42,744 nt of DNA from Cocleimonas sp. Its GTDB lineage: Bacteria > Pseudomonadota > Gammaproteobacteria > Thiotrichales > Thiotrichaceae. The translations under genes were made by a program, and so were the position numbers. The notes beneath the pieces are model-generated. The model saw only the letters and a list, made by a program, of their open reading frames with translations, made no database searches and was not told the origin of the DNA. Shown one piece after another: positions 29,382 through 38,409 of the stretch. Positions within the stretch are counted from its first letter, which is position 1. Every line of letters starts with the position of its first letter. The stretch spans positions 1-42,744 of the forward strand of contig JAGLBQ010000172.1 of assembly GCA_023146675.1 (NCBI GenBank), in the 5' to 3' direction.

Positions 29382-29864
29382 TTATAAATTCTTAATCAAC
29401 TCTCCAAGTAACTTAAATTCCTCAAAATGCACACTCCCTTTCCTCCATGTTAAGCCTATTTTTCTACAGGTAGCATCAGGTAGAGGGTAAGTTTCCACCG
29501 TAGTATTTTGTAATAATGCTGATCCTTGAGATATTTCTGTCAGATAGGTAATGCCAATCTCTGCATCCACCATGCCAATGAGTGTTAATAGACTACTTGC
29601 CGAAAAGTGACTCACACTGTCCTGATTTCTTAATGACATGCTGATAAAGCATGTCATATAAGCAATGCCCATTTTCTAGCAGCAAAATACTTTCAGGTAG
29701 TTTATTAATATCATAATGATCAGGCGGAAGAATTTTGCTCTGCTTCTTACGCGCAAGTAAAAACCTATCCTCAAATAATGGCATGCTTTTGCAGTATTAC
29801 CAAAATGTTGATATTTTTCCAGCGCAATAAAATACTGTAATTATTTAATGGTCGGTAATTTCAT
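29382..29864 (-). pseudogene. oxyR: Decayed oxyR-like LysR regulator (in-frame stop, large internal deletion, frameshift)
   Basis: The minus-strand fragments are as follows. (i) 29864-29783: MKLPTIK*LQYFIALEKYQHFGNTAKAC, a LysR HTH start (compare OxyR 'LEYLVALAEHRHFRRAADSC') with a TAA at codon 8. (ii) 29784-29593: 'PLFEDRFLLA...ILLLENGHCLYDM', matching OxyR 'PLFDEP.LLA...LLLEDGHCLRDQ'. (iii) In a different frame, 29672-29382: 'CFISMS...SHFSASSLLTLIGMVDAEIGITYL', matching OxyR 'CFEAG...THFRATSLETLRNMVAAGSGITLL'. Confidence 0.8.
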
Positions 29865-29980
29865 TGATCTATTTTATAGGATACAACAATAGAAATAATC
29901 TGTTTTACTGATTTTAAATAGAGAGATACACTCCTAATTGCTCAATCAAGTGATCGAGTTAAAATAATTAGGAATAAAAT

Positions 29981-30712
29981 ATGTTTGAAAATAAAGAAGG
30001 ACAACGCATACCAGACGTTACCTTTCATACCTACCAAAACAATGGCTGGATTGATGTCAATAGTATCGATTTATTTGCAGGAAAAACGGTTGTACTTTTT
30101 TCATTACCCGGAGCATATACCCCAACGTGCTCATCAGCACATGTCCCCCGCTTTAATCAATTACAACCTACCCTTAAAGCAAACGGTGTTGATGATGTGA
30201 TTTGCATCTCTGTCAATGATACGTTTGTGATGAATGAATGGGCGCAAGACCAAAATGCAGATAACATCACTTTTATCCCTGATGGTAATGGTGACTTTTC
30301 CGAAGCGATGGGTTTGCTGGTCGATAAAGAAGAGTTAGGATTTGGTAAACGCTCGTGGCGTTATTCTATGCTGGTAAAAGATGGTGTGATTGATAAAATG
30401 TTTATTGAGCCAAACCAACCAGGTGATCCATTTGAAGTTTCTGATGCCGATACCATGCTTGAATACATCGCGCCAAATGCAGAGCGTCCACTGAATGCAA
30501 CTATCTTCACACGTAAAGGATGCCGATTTTGCGCTAAGGCAAAAGCAACGTTAACCGAAAAAGGTATAGAGTTTGAAGAATTAGTCCTAGGTAGAGACTA
30601 TACTGACCTAACGTTACGTGCTGTATCTGCTGGTAGCTCAGTACCACAAATATTCATTGATGGAGATTTAGTGGGTGGATCTGATGATTTAGATGAGTGG
30701 TTTGGTGCGTAA
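29981..30712 (+). CDS. Hybrid peroxiredoxin-glutaredoxin (Prx5-type Prx fused to Grx)
   Basis: The N-terminal Prx5 motif is '[16 protein letters not shown]'. The C-terminal Grx has '[13 protein letters not shown]' and '[16 protein letters not shown]'. The architecture matches the Haemophilus-type hybrid Prx5. Confidence 0.9.
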   Translation: MFENKEGQRIPDVTFHTYQNNGWIDVNSIDLFAGKTVVLFSLPGAYTPTCSSAHVPRFNQLQPTLKANGVDDVICISVNDTFVMNEWAQDQNADNITFIPDGNGDFSEAMGLLVDKEELGFGKRSWRYSMLVKDGVIDKMFIEPNQPGDPFEVSDADTMLEYIAPNAERPLNATIFTRKGCRFCAKAKATLTEKGIEFEELVLGRDYTDLTLRAVSAGSSVPQIFIDGDLVGGSDDLDEWFGA

Positions 30713-30848
30713 GATTTTATTTTAAGAATATAAATATACAAAGAACACTCACCACTGAATAGAAATATAAGGAAACACATAATATTAATTTTTCTGTGTT
30801 TGATATTTTCCGTGGTGAGTCTCTTTATAATGCTATAAGGAAAACAAT

Positions 30849-32207
30849 ATGAGCAATCACTTTGATGTTATCGCCATTGGTGCAGGCAGTGGTGGTCTTT
30901 CAATCGCAGAAAGAGCAGCCGCTTATGGCGCGAAAACGGCGGTTATTGAAGCGGGAGAATTAGGTGGCACTTGCGTCAATGTGGGATGTGTCCCTAAAAA
31001 AGTAATGTGGTATGGCGCATCGGTAGCGCATGCACTGCATGATGGCAAAGACTACGGTTTTGATGTCACCATTGGTGATCTTAACTGGGATAAACTGGTC
31101 ACTAAAAGAGAGAATTTTATTGGTGGCATTATTGATTGGTATCAAGACTACTTAGTTGAATCAAACGTTGAAGTTATTGAAGGATTTGCCACGTTTATTG
31201 ATGATAAAACATTAGATGTTGATGGTGTGCAATATACAGCTGACCATATTGTGATATCAACAGGTGGACGCCCTATTATGCCCAATGATATTGAAGGTGC
31301 AGAATATGGTTTAACCTCTGATGGCTTTTTTGAAGAGTTGGATGAAGTCCAGCCTAAAAAAGTGGTTGTCGTTGGTGGTGGATATATTGCATTAGAATTT
31401 GCCATGTTAATGAACGGGCTGGGGTCTGATGTGTCTGTGTTGCATCAAGGCTGGCCTGTGATGGAGGGTTTTGACTCCATGATTCAAACCAATCTACGTC
31501 GACAAATGGAAGCAGATGGCATTCAGCTTAACGATGATAGCATTATCACAAAAGTAGAAAAAATAGCAGATGATAATCTAACTATCCACTTTAAAGATAG
31601 TAGCAAGATAGACAATGTTAACGCCTTAATCTGGGCGATTGGTCGTCTACCTAATACGCATAACTTAGGTCTTGAAAATACGGGAGTAGAGTTGGATAAG
31701 CGCGGTATGGTCGTGGTGGATGATGAAGAAAAAACCACCGTAGAGGGTATCTATGCCATCGGTGATATTATTGGTAAAGCACCACTCACCCCTGTTGCGA
31801 TTGCCGCAGGTAGACGCTTAGGCGATCGACTCTATGGGGGTAAGCCAGATAGAAAAATGTCCTATGATAATATTGCCACGGTCATGTTTACCCACCCACC
31901 TATTGGCACCATTGGACTGAGTGAAGAAAATGCGCGTGTTGAGTATGGTGATGAAATTAAAGTCTATAAAACAGAGTTTGTACCGCTTTACCATCAAATG
32001 ACACGCAATAAAGTTAAAACAGCAATGAAGTTGATTGTATTAGGCGAAGAAGAAAAAATCATCGGTTGTCATATTATGGGCTTGGGTGCTGATGAAATGT
32101 TACAAGGATTTGCTGTCGCCATTCGTATGGGCGCCACCAAGCAGGATTTTGATGACACCATTGCAATTCATCCTGTTAGTGCTGAAGAACTAGTAACCAT
32201 GAAGTAA
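30849..32207 (+). CDS. gor: Glutathione-disulfide reductase
   Basis: 'FDVIAIGAGSGG', redox centre 'GGTCVNVGCVPKKVMW' and the C-terminal 'IAIHPVSAEELVTMK'. Confidence 0.92.
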   Translation: MSNHFDVIAIGAGSGGLSIAERAAAYGAKTAVIEAGELGGTCVNVGCVPKKVMWYGASVAHALHDGKDYGFDVTIGDLNWDKLVTKRENFIGGIIDWYQDYLVESNVEVIEGFATFIDDKTLDVDGVQYTADHIVISTGGRPIMPNDIEGAEYGLTSDGFFEELDEVQPKKVVVVGGGYIALEFAMLMNGLGSDVSVLHQGWPVMEGFDSMIQTNLRRQMEADGIQLNDDSIITKVEKIADDNLTIHFKDSSKIDNVNALIWAIGRLPNTHNLGLENTGVELDKRGMVVVDDEEKTTVEGIYAIGDIIGKAPLTPVAIAAGRRLGDRLYGGKPDRKMSYDNIATVMFTHPPIGTIGLSEENARVEYGDEIKVYKTEFVPLYHQMTRNKVKTAMKLIVLGEEEKIIGCHIMGLGADEMLQGFAVAIRMGATKQDFDDTIAIHPVSAEELVTMK

Positions 32208-32334
32208 TTTTTTTGTTATAAGTTAGTGGCTCCTACTTGATTTGTTGCTTTGAACTTCCTTTTAAATCTGCTAATTTAACGCCTTTTTAGAATCCGTCAT
32301 CTCTTTAAAATAGATGACGAAAAGGAAGGCATTT

Positions 32335-35232
32335 ATGAGTAGGGAATTTCATCGTGGACAGCGTTGGATTAGTAATACAGAATCCGAATTAGGCCTAGGC
32401 TTTGTAGAAAAAATAGAAGGGCGTCATGTCACTTTTATTTTTCCTGCGGCTGATGAAACGCGTGTATACGCTCTAAATAGTGCGCCACTAAGTCGTGTTA
32501 AATACCCACTTGATGAAAAAATAAAAACAGAATCAGGCATCAATATTACCGTCGTTGAGCACCTTGAGCATAATGGCTGTATTGTCTATCGAGGCATGGA
32601 TGAAGAAGGAAAAGAAATCCATGTACATGAATTAGAACTCAATAGCTTTGCCCAATTTAGCCATCCACATGATCGCCTTTTCGCAGGGCAGATTGATAAA
32701 GACAGTTATTTCCGTCTCCGTGTCGAAACTCTTGAACATCAACGTCGGCAACAAACCTCTGACACCTATGGACTATCAGGTCCTCGCGTTCAATTATTGC
32801 CACACCAATTTTATATCGCACATCAAGTTGCCTTGCGTCATGCGCCACGGGTATTACTTGCTGATGAAGTTGGTTTAGGAAAAACGATTGAAGCAGGTTT
32901 AATTTTACACCAACAATTATTAACGGAGCGAGTAAAGCGCGTGTTGATTGTGGTGCCAGAAAGTTTAATCCATCAATGGTTGGTGGAAATGATACGGCGG
33001 TTTAATCTACACTTTAGTATTTTTGATGTGGAACGTTGTCATATTATTGAAGAAGCAGAAGAAATTAATCCCTTTGAATCCGCACAACTTGCCCTTTGCA
33101 GTCTCTCTTTTTTAACTGAAAATCAACAACGTTTAGAGCAAGCAAAAAATGCAAAATGGGATTTAATGATAGTGGATGAAGCGCATCATTTAGCATGGAG
33201 TGAAGATGATGTCAGTGCAGAATATCAATGTATTGACTCTCTAGCACAACAAATTCCTGGTTTATTACTACTCACCGCAACCCCTGAGCAACTCGGTGTT
33301 GAAAGTCATTTTGCACGCTTACGTCTATTAGATCCTAATCGTTTTTATGATTTAAAAACCTTTCAGGAAGAGCAAGACCACTATCGCCCTGTGAATGAAT
33401 TAGTACAGGCACTGCTTGATGATCCACAAAAAGCACAGCAAGACACAGGACTTTTAACCGAGCTGGAAACATATTTAGGTGAAAAAGTCATCGCAGAGTT
33501 TGAACATGCAGATGATGCGGATACAAGTGTAGAGCATTTAATTCAAAGTTTGTTGGATCGTCATGGTACAGGTCGTGTGTTGTTTCGTAATACACGTGAT
33601 GCAGTGGCTGGTTTTCCTGAAAGAAATCTGCATGTTTACCCGTTTGAATTACCGCAAGCCTATCAAGAAAAATCTGAGACAAGCAATACAGACCTCCCTA
33701 CTCTATTGAATGAAAAGCTACATCCTGAAATATTACATGCAACTAATGATGCATGGTTAGAGTTTGATCCTCGTGTCACATGGTTGGCAGATTGGTTAGA
33801 GTCGCATTGGGATGAAAAAGTCCTCTTGATTTGTGCCTATGCAGAAACAGCCTTGGCACTGGAATATTATGTCAAATTAAAAACCAGTTCACGTGTTGCT
33901 CTTTTCCATGAGAATTTAAGTATTATTGAGCGTGATCGTGCTGCCGCTCATTTTGCTGATAATGAAGAGGGGGCGAATATTCTCATTTGTTCTGAAATAG
34001 GCAGCGAAGGAAGAAATTTTCAATTTGCGCATCACTTGATTTTATTTGATCTGCCCCTGAATCCTGATTTATTAGAACAGCGTATCGGACGACTCGATCG
34101 AATTGGTCAAACACAAACCATTCAGTTGCATATACCGCATTTTGAAACAGGTGCACAAGCACGATTAGTGGAATGGTATAACACAGGTCTCAATGCTTTT
34201 TTACATGTCTGCTCCGTTGGTCATCGTATTTTTGAGCAAGTGCAACAGGATTTAATGGAAGGTTTAATCGCGGATGATGAGCTAGCGACAGTGCAAAAAT
34301 TTGATGACTTAATTGAGCAAACTAAAATACTGCGCGAAGATGCATTAGAATCGATGCAGCAAGGTAGAGATCGCTTACTAGAATTGAACTCTTGTCATAA
34401 AGAACATGCCGCAGAAGTGATTGAAGAAGTGAATTTTTCAGCCAATCCATTGTTGCTTTCGCGTTATATGGATAGTGTTTTTGATCTTACAGGGGTGGAT
34501 CAACAGCCACAAAGTGCAGATTGCATTATTATAAAACCCACCGAACATATGCAAGACGCCCATTTTCCTGGCTTGTCTGATCAAGGAATGACAGCTACTT
34601 ACCAACGTGTTACCGCACTGTCGCGTGAAGATGTGCATTTTTTGACGTGGGAACACCCAATGGTTGTTGGTGCAATGGAAATGGTCAGCAGTGGTGAGTT
34701 TGGTAATGCAACTTTCTGTGCCATTACCTTTCCAAAAACATCCGAATTACAACTCAATGCAGGTACTTTATTGTTAGAAGCTATTTTTAGCGTCAATTGC
34801 CCAGCTCCCAAGCACTTACAAATTCACCGCTATCTATCCGCTAATATGGTACGCATACTGATTAGCAATACAGGTTTGGACTTAAGTGAACAGCTATCAC
34901 ATCAAGAGTTAAATGCATTATCAGAACGAGTTAGAAAGCATACAGCGAATGAAATTATTCAGTACGCACGTGATGAAATTATGCAAATGGTAGAGAGTGC
35001 AAAGTTATTAGCGGAGCCACAACAGCAAGAATTAATAGCACAAGCACTTAAGCTCACCGCGGAAGAAGTACATGATGATAACGAACGTTTAAACGCGTTG
35101 GCAGAGGTGAATCCAAATATTAGACAAGAAGAGATAGATCAGCTAACAGCAGATGCCCTAATGTTAGATGAGTATTTATCCTCCGCGCAATTAAGGCTGG
35201 ATGCTATTAGGATTGCATTTGTAGCTGAGTGA
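32335..35232 (+). CDS. rapA: RNA polymerase-associated SWI2/SNF2 ATPase RapA (HepA)
   Basis: The N-terminus 'F.RGQRWISNTESELGLG' is the RapA hallmark. Helicase motifs 'LLADEVGLGKTIEAG', 'DLMIVDEAHHL', 'LLLTATP' and 'SEIGSEGRNFQFA' are present. The ATG at 32335 follows AAGGAAGG, whereas the track start at 32314 lies inside a hairpin. Confidence 0.95.
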   Translation: MSREFHRGQRWISNTESELGLGFVEKIEGRHVTFIFPAADETRVYALNSAPLSRVKYPLDEKIKTESGINITVVEHLEHNGCIVYRGMDEEGKEIHVHELELNSFAQFSHPHDRLFAGQIDKDSYFRLRVETLEHQRRQQTSDTYGLSGPRVQLLPHQFYIAHQVALRHAPRVLLADEVGLGKTIEAGLILHQQLLTERVKRVLIVVPESLIHQWLVEMIRRFNLHFSIFDVERCHIIEEAEEINPFESAQLALCSLSFLTENQQRLEQAKNAKWDLMIVDEAHHLAWSEDDVSAEYQCIDSLAQQIPGLLLLTATPEQLGVESHFARLRLLDPNRFYDLKTFQEEQDHYRPVNELVQALLDDPQKAQQDTGLLTELETYLGEKVIAEFEHADDADTSVEHLIQSLLDRHGTGRVLFRNTRDAVAGFPERNLHVYPFELPQAYQEKSETSNTDLPTLLNEKLHPEILHATNDAWLEFDPRVTWLADWLESHWDEKVLLICAYAETALALEYYVKLKTSSRVALFHENLSIIERDRAAAHFADNEEGANILICSEIGSEGRNFQFAHHLILFDLPLNPDLLEQRIGRLDRIGQTQTIQLHIPHFETGAQARLVEWYNTGLNAFLHVCSVGHRIFEQVQQDLMEGLIADDELATVQKFDDLIEQTKILREDALESMQQGRDRLLELNSCHKEHAAEVIEEVNFSANPLLLSRYMDSVFDLTGVDQQPQSADCIIIKPTEHMQDAHFPGLSDQGMTATYQRVTALSREDVHFLTWEHPMVVGAMEMVSSGEFGNATFCAITFPKTSELQLNAGTLLLEAIFSVNCPAPKHLQIHRYLSANMVRILISNTGLDLSEQLSHQELNALSERVRKHTANEIIQYARDEIMQMVESAKLLAEPQQQELIAQALKLTAEEVHDDNERLNALAEVNPNIRQEEIDQLTADALMLDEYLSSAQLRLDAIRIAFVAE

Positions 35233-35272
35233 TTTGGTATAAATATCACTTATTTATGCCTTTTAATCTTTT

Positions 35273-35311
35273 GGCTGTCTTTTTGTATAGCCCCGAAGAC
35301 TGAAGACAGCC
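35273..35311. terminator. Hairpin between convergent rapA and the BON/OmpA-like gene (possible bidirectional terminator)
   Basis: 9-bp stem ggctgtctt (35273-35281) / aagacagcc (35303-35311) with a 21-nt loop and T-rich flanks on both sides. Confidence 0.45.
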
Positions 35312-35349
35312 TTTAAATTAATTGCTAATCAGAGACTTTATTGGCTTTC

Positions 35350-36426
35350 TCAATCAGCATAAGTACGGATTTTAAAAGTAGCTGTATTATTTTTGTCATC
35401 AGTAATCGTATATCCAGAGACATGAACATTATTTTTATTGATGCCCTGTGTGGCTAAATACTCACGAATGCTAACGCCTCTGGCATACGCTATATCAGAA
35501 TCCTTTGCGTAAGCAATTAGCTCAATCGTTGGATGGGATTGCCTTTTAATACTTTTAGCAACGTTATCTAAGACTTGATGTGCAGTAATAGGCAAGGTGA
35601 TCGAGCCGTTAGAAAATCGTATTGATGATAGGTCTATTTTATCTATTGCTTGTGAAAAAGAAGATCTACTTTGCGACTCTTCTTTTTTATCTGTAGCTTT
35701 ATTGTCTGCCACAGCACCGAGTGACGCGTTAAAGTCATCAATTATATTGAATAGATTATTAGTATTTTTAGGCAGGGGCTGATGTTTGATTTGCTTTTCT
35801 GGTGTTTTTACCTTTTCACTAATATGTACTGCTTTAGTCGCTGAAATTTTGTTTTTATACTTTTCCTCACTCTCTACTGATTCCTCATCTAGCGGAACAA
35901 TAAAAGAAGATATATTTTCAGAACGATGTATGACAGGCACGGCTTGTTGCCCGATAGTCGACACTATCTTCTCTATATCAGCACTATCGTGTGGCTTTTT
36001 TTCTTCACTCACCATGTCAGATACTTGGCTGAGTGTTTGATCTGTTTCTTGTTGCTGTCGGGCTGTTTTATACGATATTTTTTCAATAGTTGGGGGTTGT
36101 CGCTCGTTATTAATTCCATAGCGAATATAAGGCTGATCTCTAACTAATAATTGATTGCGTATCACCCGTATCCCAAAAACTGCACGTGATAATCTGTGTG
36201 CCTTATCTGCTATTTCCTGACTGCCAACTTCCCCTGTAAGCGTTCCATCGCGTCCTAAAAAGGATACTTCAGCATCAATATTATGCTCCACTAAGACTAA
36301 CTTAACACTTGAAACTAACTTTGCTTCTACTTTAGGTTGTACAAGATAGATTGAAATAATTAATAAAAGTATCACAGCAGGGCTTAGCCACATTGTTAGC
36401 AGTATAAACAGGTCTTTTTTAGGCAT
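35350..36426 (-). CDS. Membrane-anchored BON-domain protein with a divergent OmpA-like C-terminal domain
   Basis: N-terminal TM. BON-like 'VSFLGRDGTLTGEVGSQEIADKAHRLSRAVFGIRVIRNQLLV'. A long acidic/polar linker follows. The C-terminal 'IRFSNGSITL......LDNVAKSIK....TIELIAYA.DSDIAYARGVSIREYLATQGI....V.VSGY' resembles an OmpA_C peptidoglycan-binding module. Confidence 0.55.
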   Translation of the reverse strand: MPKKDLFILLTMWLSPAVILLLIISIYLVQPKVEAKLVSSVKLVLVEHNIDAEVSFLGRDGTLTGEVGSQEIADKAHRLSRAVFGIRVIRNQLLVRDQPYIRYGINNERQPPTIEKISYKTARQQQETDQTLSQVSDMVSEEKKPHDSADIEKIVSTIGQQAVPVIHRSENISSFIVPLDEESVESEEKYKNKISATKAVHISEKVKTPEKQIKHQPLPKNTNNLFNIIDDFNASLGAVADNKATDKKEESQSRSSFSQAIDKIDLSSIRFSNGSITLPITAHQVLDNVAKSIKRQSHPTIELIAYAKDSDIAYARGVSIREYLATQGINKNNVHVSGYTITDDKNNTATFKIRTYAD

Positions 36427-36705
36427 CCTTTATTTCTCGGTTACAGATTTATGGGCAAAGAAATACCCAATAAGATAATTAATCCTCTAATTTACTATAC
36501 GTTAGAGTACTTTTCGCTGAACCGACAACGTTATTGTATTGTTATAATTTTGGGGATACTCGTAAGAAGTAAAATAGGAATGTGGATAACGGAGGGGGAT
36601 AGAATAAAGAGGTATTGATAGAGAGTTACTAGATGGAGGTAAGTGTAAGTGACCACGAGACATTTTCATTCACGTGGTCAAGCGGCTTAAAACAGCCGCG
36701 CAACA

Positions 36706-36867
36706 TTAAGGTGCTTTAGGAGTAGTGTACTCAACCTCTGTCTGCCATGCTTCCCAAATAGTTTCATAACCAACAAAACCTTTCTCATTGGGTTTCATTT
36801 GACGAGTTGTTAGATAGCTCGCTGTTCCTTCTGGAACTTCTGGTCTAGTGCTGCTTTGTGCGCTCAT
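36706..36867 (-). CDS. Possible 53-aa small protein of unknown function
   Basis: Hand translation gives MSAQSSTRPEVPEGTASYLTTRQMKPNEKGFVGYETIWEAWQTEVEYTTPKAP*. AGGTGA lies 3 nt upstream of the ATG. Two hairpins follow the stop (36682-36699 and about 36649-36680). No homology recognised. Confidence 0.3.
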   Translation of the reverse strand: MSAQSSTRPEVPEGTASYLTTRQMKPNEKGFVGYETIWEAWQTEVEYTTPKAP

Positions 36868-37150
36868 AAATCACCTAATTATATTGTTTAATAATTCAAG
36901 TTAGCCACTACAGAAAAAATTGTAGTTAATAACTAGCTCGATCCCCTTATTTTTACATCTTTTACAGCAAAAATATAGAGGGATACCTCTAAATGAATAG
37001 TGCTACTCTTCACAATTTTGAAGAACCGTGTGTCTAATTAGTATTAGTTTATTGCATCCAAGTAATAAATACTTTGCGTATAAAGACCAATAAGAACAAA
37101 GAATCAAGCAATACCACTAACTATAAAAAACATAACAGAAGCGACTCACT

Positions 37151-37696
37151 ATGGAAGATAAATACGCAGATTTACTACAGCGATGCGCGGCGAGTAGGGA
37201 TCAGATAGCTTTTAAACAGCTTTATGAAGAAACATCACCAAAACTACTCAGCTTATGCATGCGACTATTACAAAATAAGCAGTTAGCTGAAGATGTACTG
37301 CAAGAAGGCTTTATTAAAATATGGGAAAAAGCCGATACTTATGCGCCAGAGAAAGGTAAAGCAATGACTTGGATGGCGACGGTCGTACGAAATAAGGCAT
37401 TGGATAAACTTCGCAGCCTTAAAACCAAGGCAGCAGAGACAGAGATTCAATATGAAGGTCTAGAGTTTGCATCTACTGATTTAGCGCCTGATTCATTAGA
37501 AAACCTGAGTCAGGACATGAAGGGCTTAATGGACTGCTTAAATAAGTTAAAGCCCGCACAACGTGAATGTATATTACTTTCTTATTACTACGGGCATACT
37601 CATCAGGAGCTTTCCGATAGATTAGAAAAACCATTAGGAACAGTGAAGGCCTGGATTCGCAGAGGCCTTGAGGATTTAAGACCATGTCTAGCATAA
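37151..37696 (+). CDS. ECF-subfamily RNA polymerase sigma factor
   Basis: 181 aa. Region 2 reads 'LAEDVLQEGFIKIWEKADTY......MTWMATVVRNKALDKLR'. Region 4 reads 'LKPAQRECILLSYYYGHTHQELSDRLEKPLGTVKAWIRRGLEDLR'. Confidence 0.9.
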   Translation: MEDKYADLLQRCAASRDQIAFKQLYEETSPKLLSLCMRLLQNKQLAEDVLQEGFIKIWEKADTYAPEKGKAMTWMATVVRNKALDKLRSLKTKAAETEIQYEGLEFASTDLAPDSLENLSQDMKGLMDCLNKLKPAQRECILLSYYYGHTHQELSDRLEKPLGTVKAWIRRGLEDLRPCLA

Positions 37697-38409
37697 AACG
37701 ATACCAAAACCCTGAAATTTTTGAACAACTTGCGATGGAATATGCCGTGGGTGGACTTCATGGGCGGGCTAAAAAACGCTTTGAGACACTGATGGAAACA
37801 CATTTCTATCTTAAGGCAACGGTTGAGGCTTATGAGTATAAGTTTGCACACCTTGTTGAACTACTTCCTGATGAAAAACCTTCAGATCAGCTATGGGAAA
37901 ATATTAATGCGCAAATCAAAATAGATGCTCAACCTGCTGAAGTAAAAATAACCTCATGGTGGCATTCATTATTTAATACCAAAGTCTATGGTTTAGTTGC
38001 CTCTGCGCTGATTATATCTGCAATACTCTTGTTTAATCCCATGACAGGGTCACCCATCGCTTATACTGCTGTTTTGGAGTCAAGCACAACACATACTGCA
38101 ATGGCTGTAACACGTATAAGTCAGGCAGATATGCAACTTTCCATTGATATGATGAAGCATCCTGATATTCCTGATAATATGGAGCTACACTTATGGTGTC
38201 ACCCTAAAGATGGTGGTAAACCTGTCATGATGGGAGCCATTGCAAAATCAGGTGAGACAATTATCCATATTGATAAAGCAGAATGGCGTAGTTTTAAAAA
38301 TGTTGGTTTGCTTGCGGTTAGTATTGAACCTAAAGGCAAACAGAGCAGTGATGGACCAAGAGGAGAGGTATTGCTGGAGGGGCAGCTAAGTTCTATACAT
38401 GAAACGTAA
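37684..38409 (+). CDS. Anti-sigma factor, RskA (anti-sigma-K) type, single-pass membrane protein
   Basis: Overlaps the sigma gene by 13 nt. It has an N-terminal anti-sigma helix region (no Cys, so not a ZAS) and a central TM 'VYGLVASALIISAILLF'. The C-terminal 'LHLWCHPKDGGKPVMMGAI......VGLLAVSIEPKGKQSSDGPRGEVLLEGQL' matches the RskA extracytoplasmic domain pattern. Confidence 0.8.
   Translation: MSSIKRYQNPEIFEQLAMEYAVGGLHGRAKKRFETLMETHFYLKATVEAYEYKFAHLVELLPDEKPSDQLWENINAQIKIDAQPAEVKITSWWHSLFNTKVYGLVASALIISAILLFNPMTGSPIAYTAVLESSTTHTAMAVTRISQADMQLSIDMMKHPDIPDNMELHLWCHPKDGGKPVMMGAIAKSGETIIHIDKAEWRSFKNVGLLAVSIEPKGKQSSDGPRGEVLLEGQLSSIHET

Noticed and set aside
32314-32334. Upstream ATG for rapA (track start 32314)
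   Set aside because: That ATG lies within the hairpin 32295-32319 and precedes the SD. RapA homologues begin a few residues before 'GQRWIS', which matches the ATG at 32335.
35597-36147. Three plus-strand ORFs (35597-35782, 35786-36040, 35926-36147)
   Set aside because: They are antisense to the BON/OmpA-like gene's low-complexity linker. They overlap one another and lack SDs.
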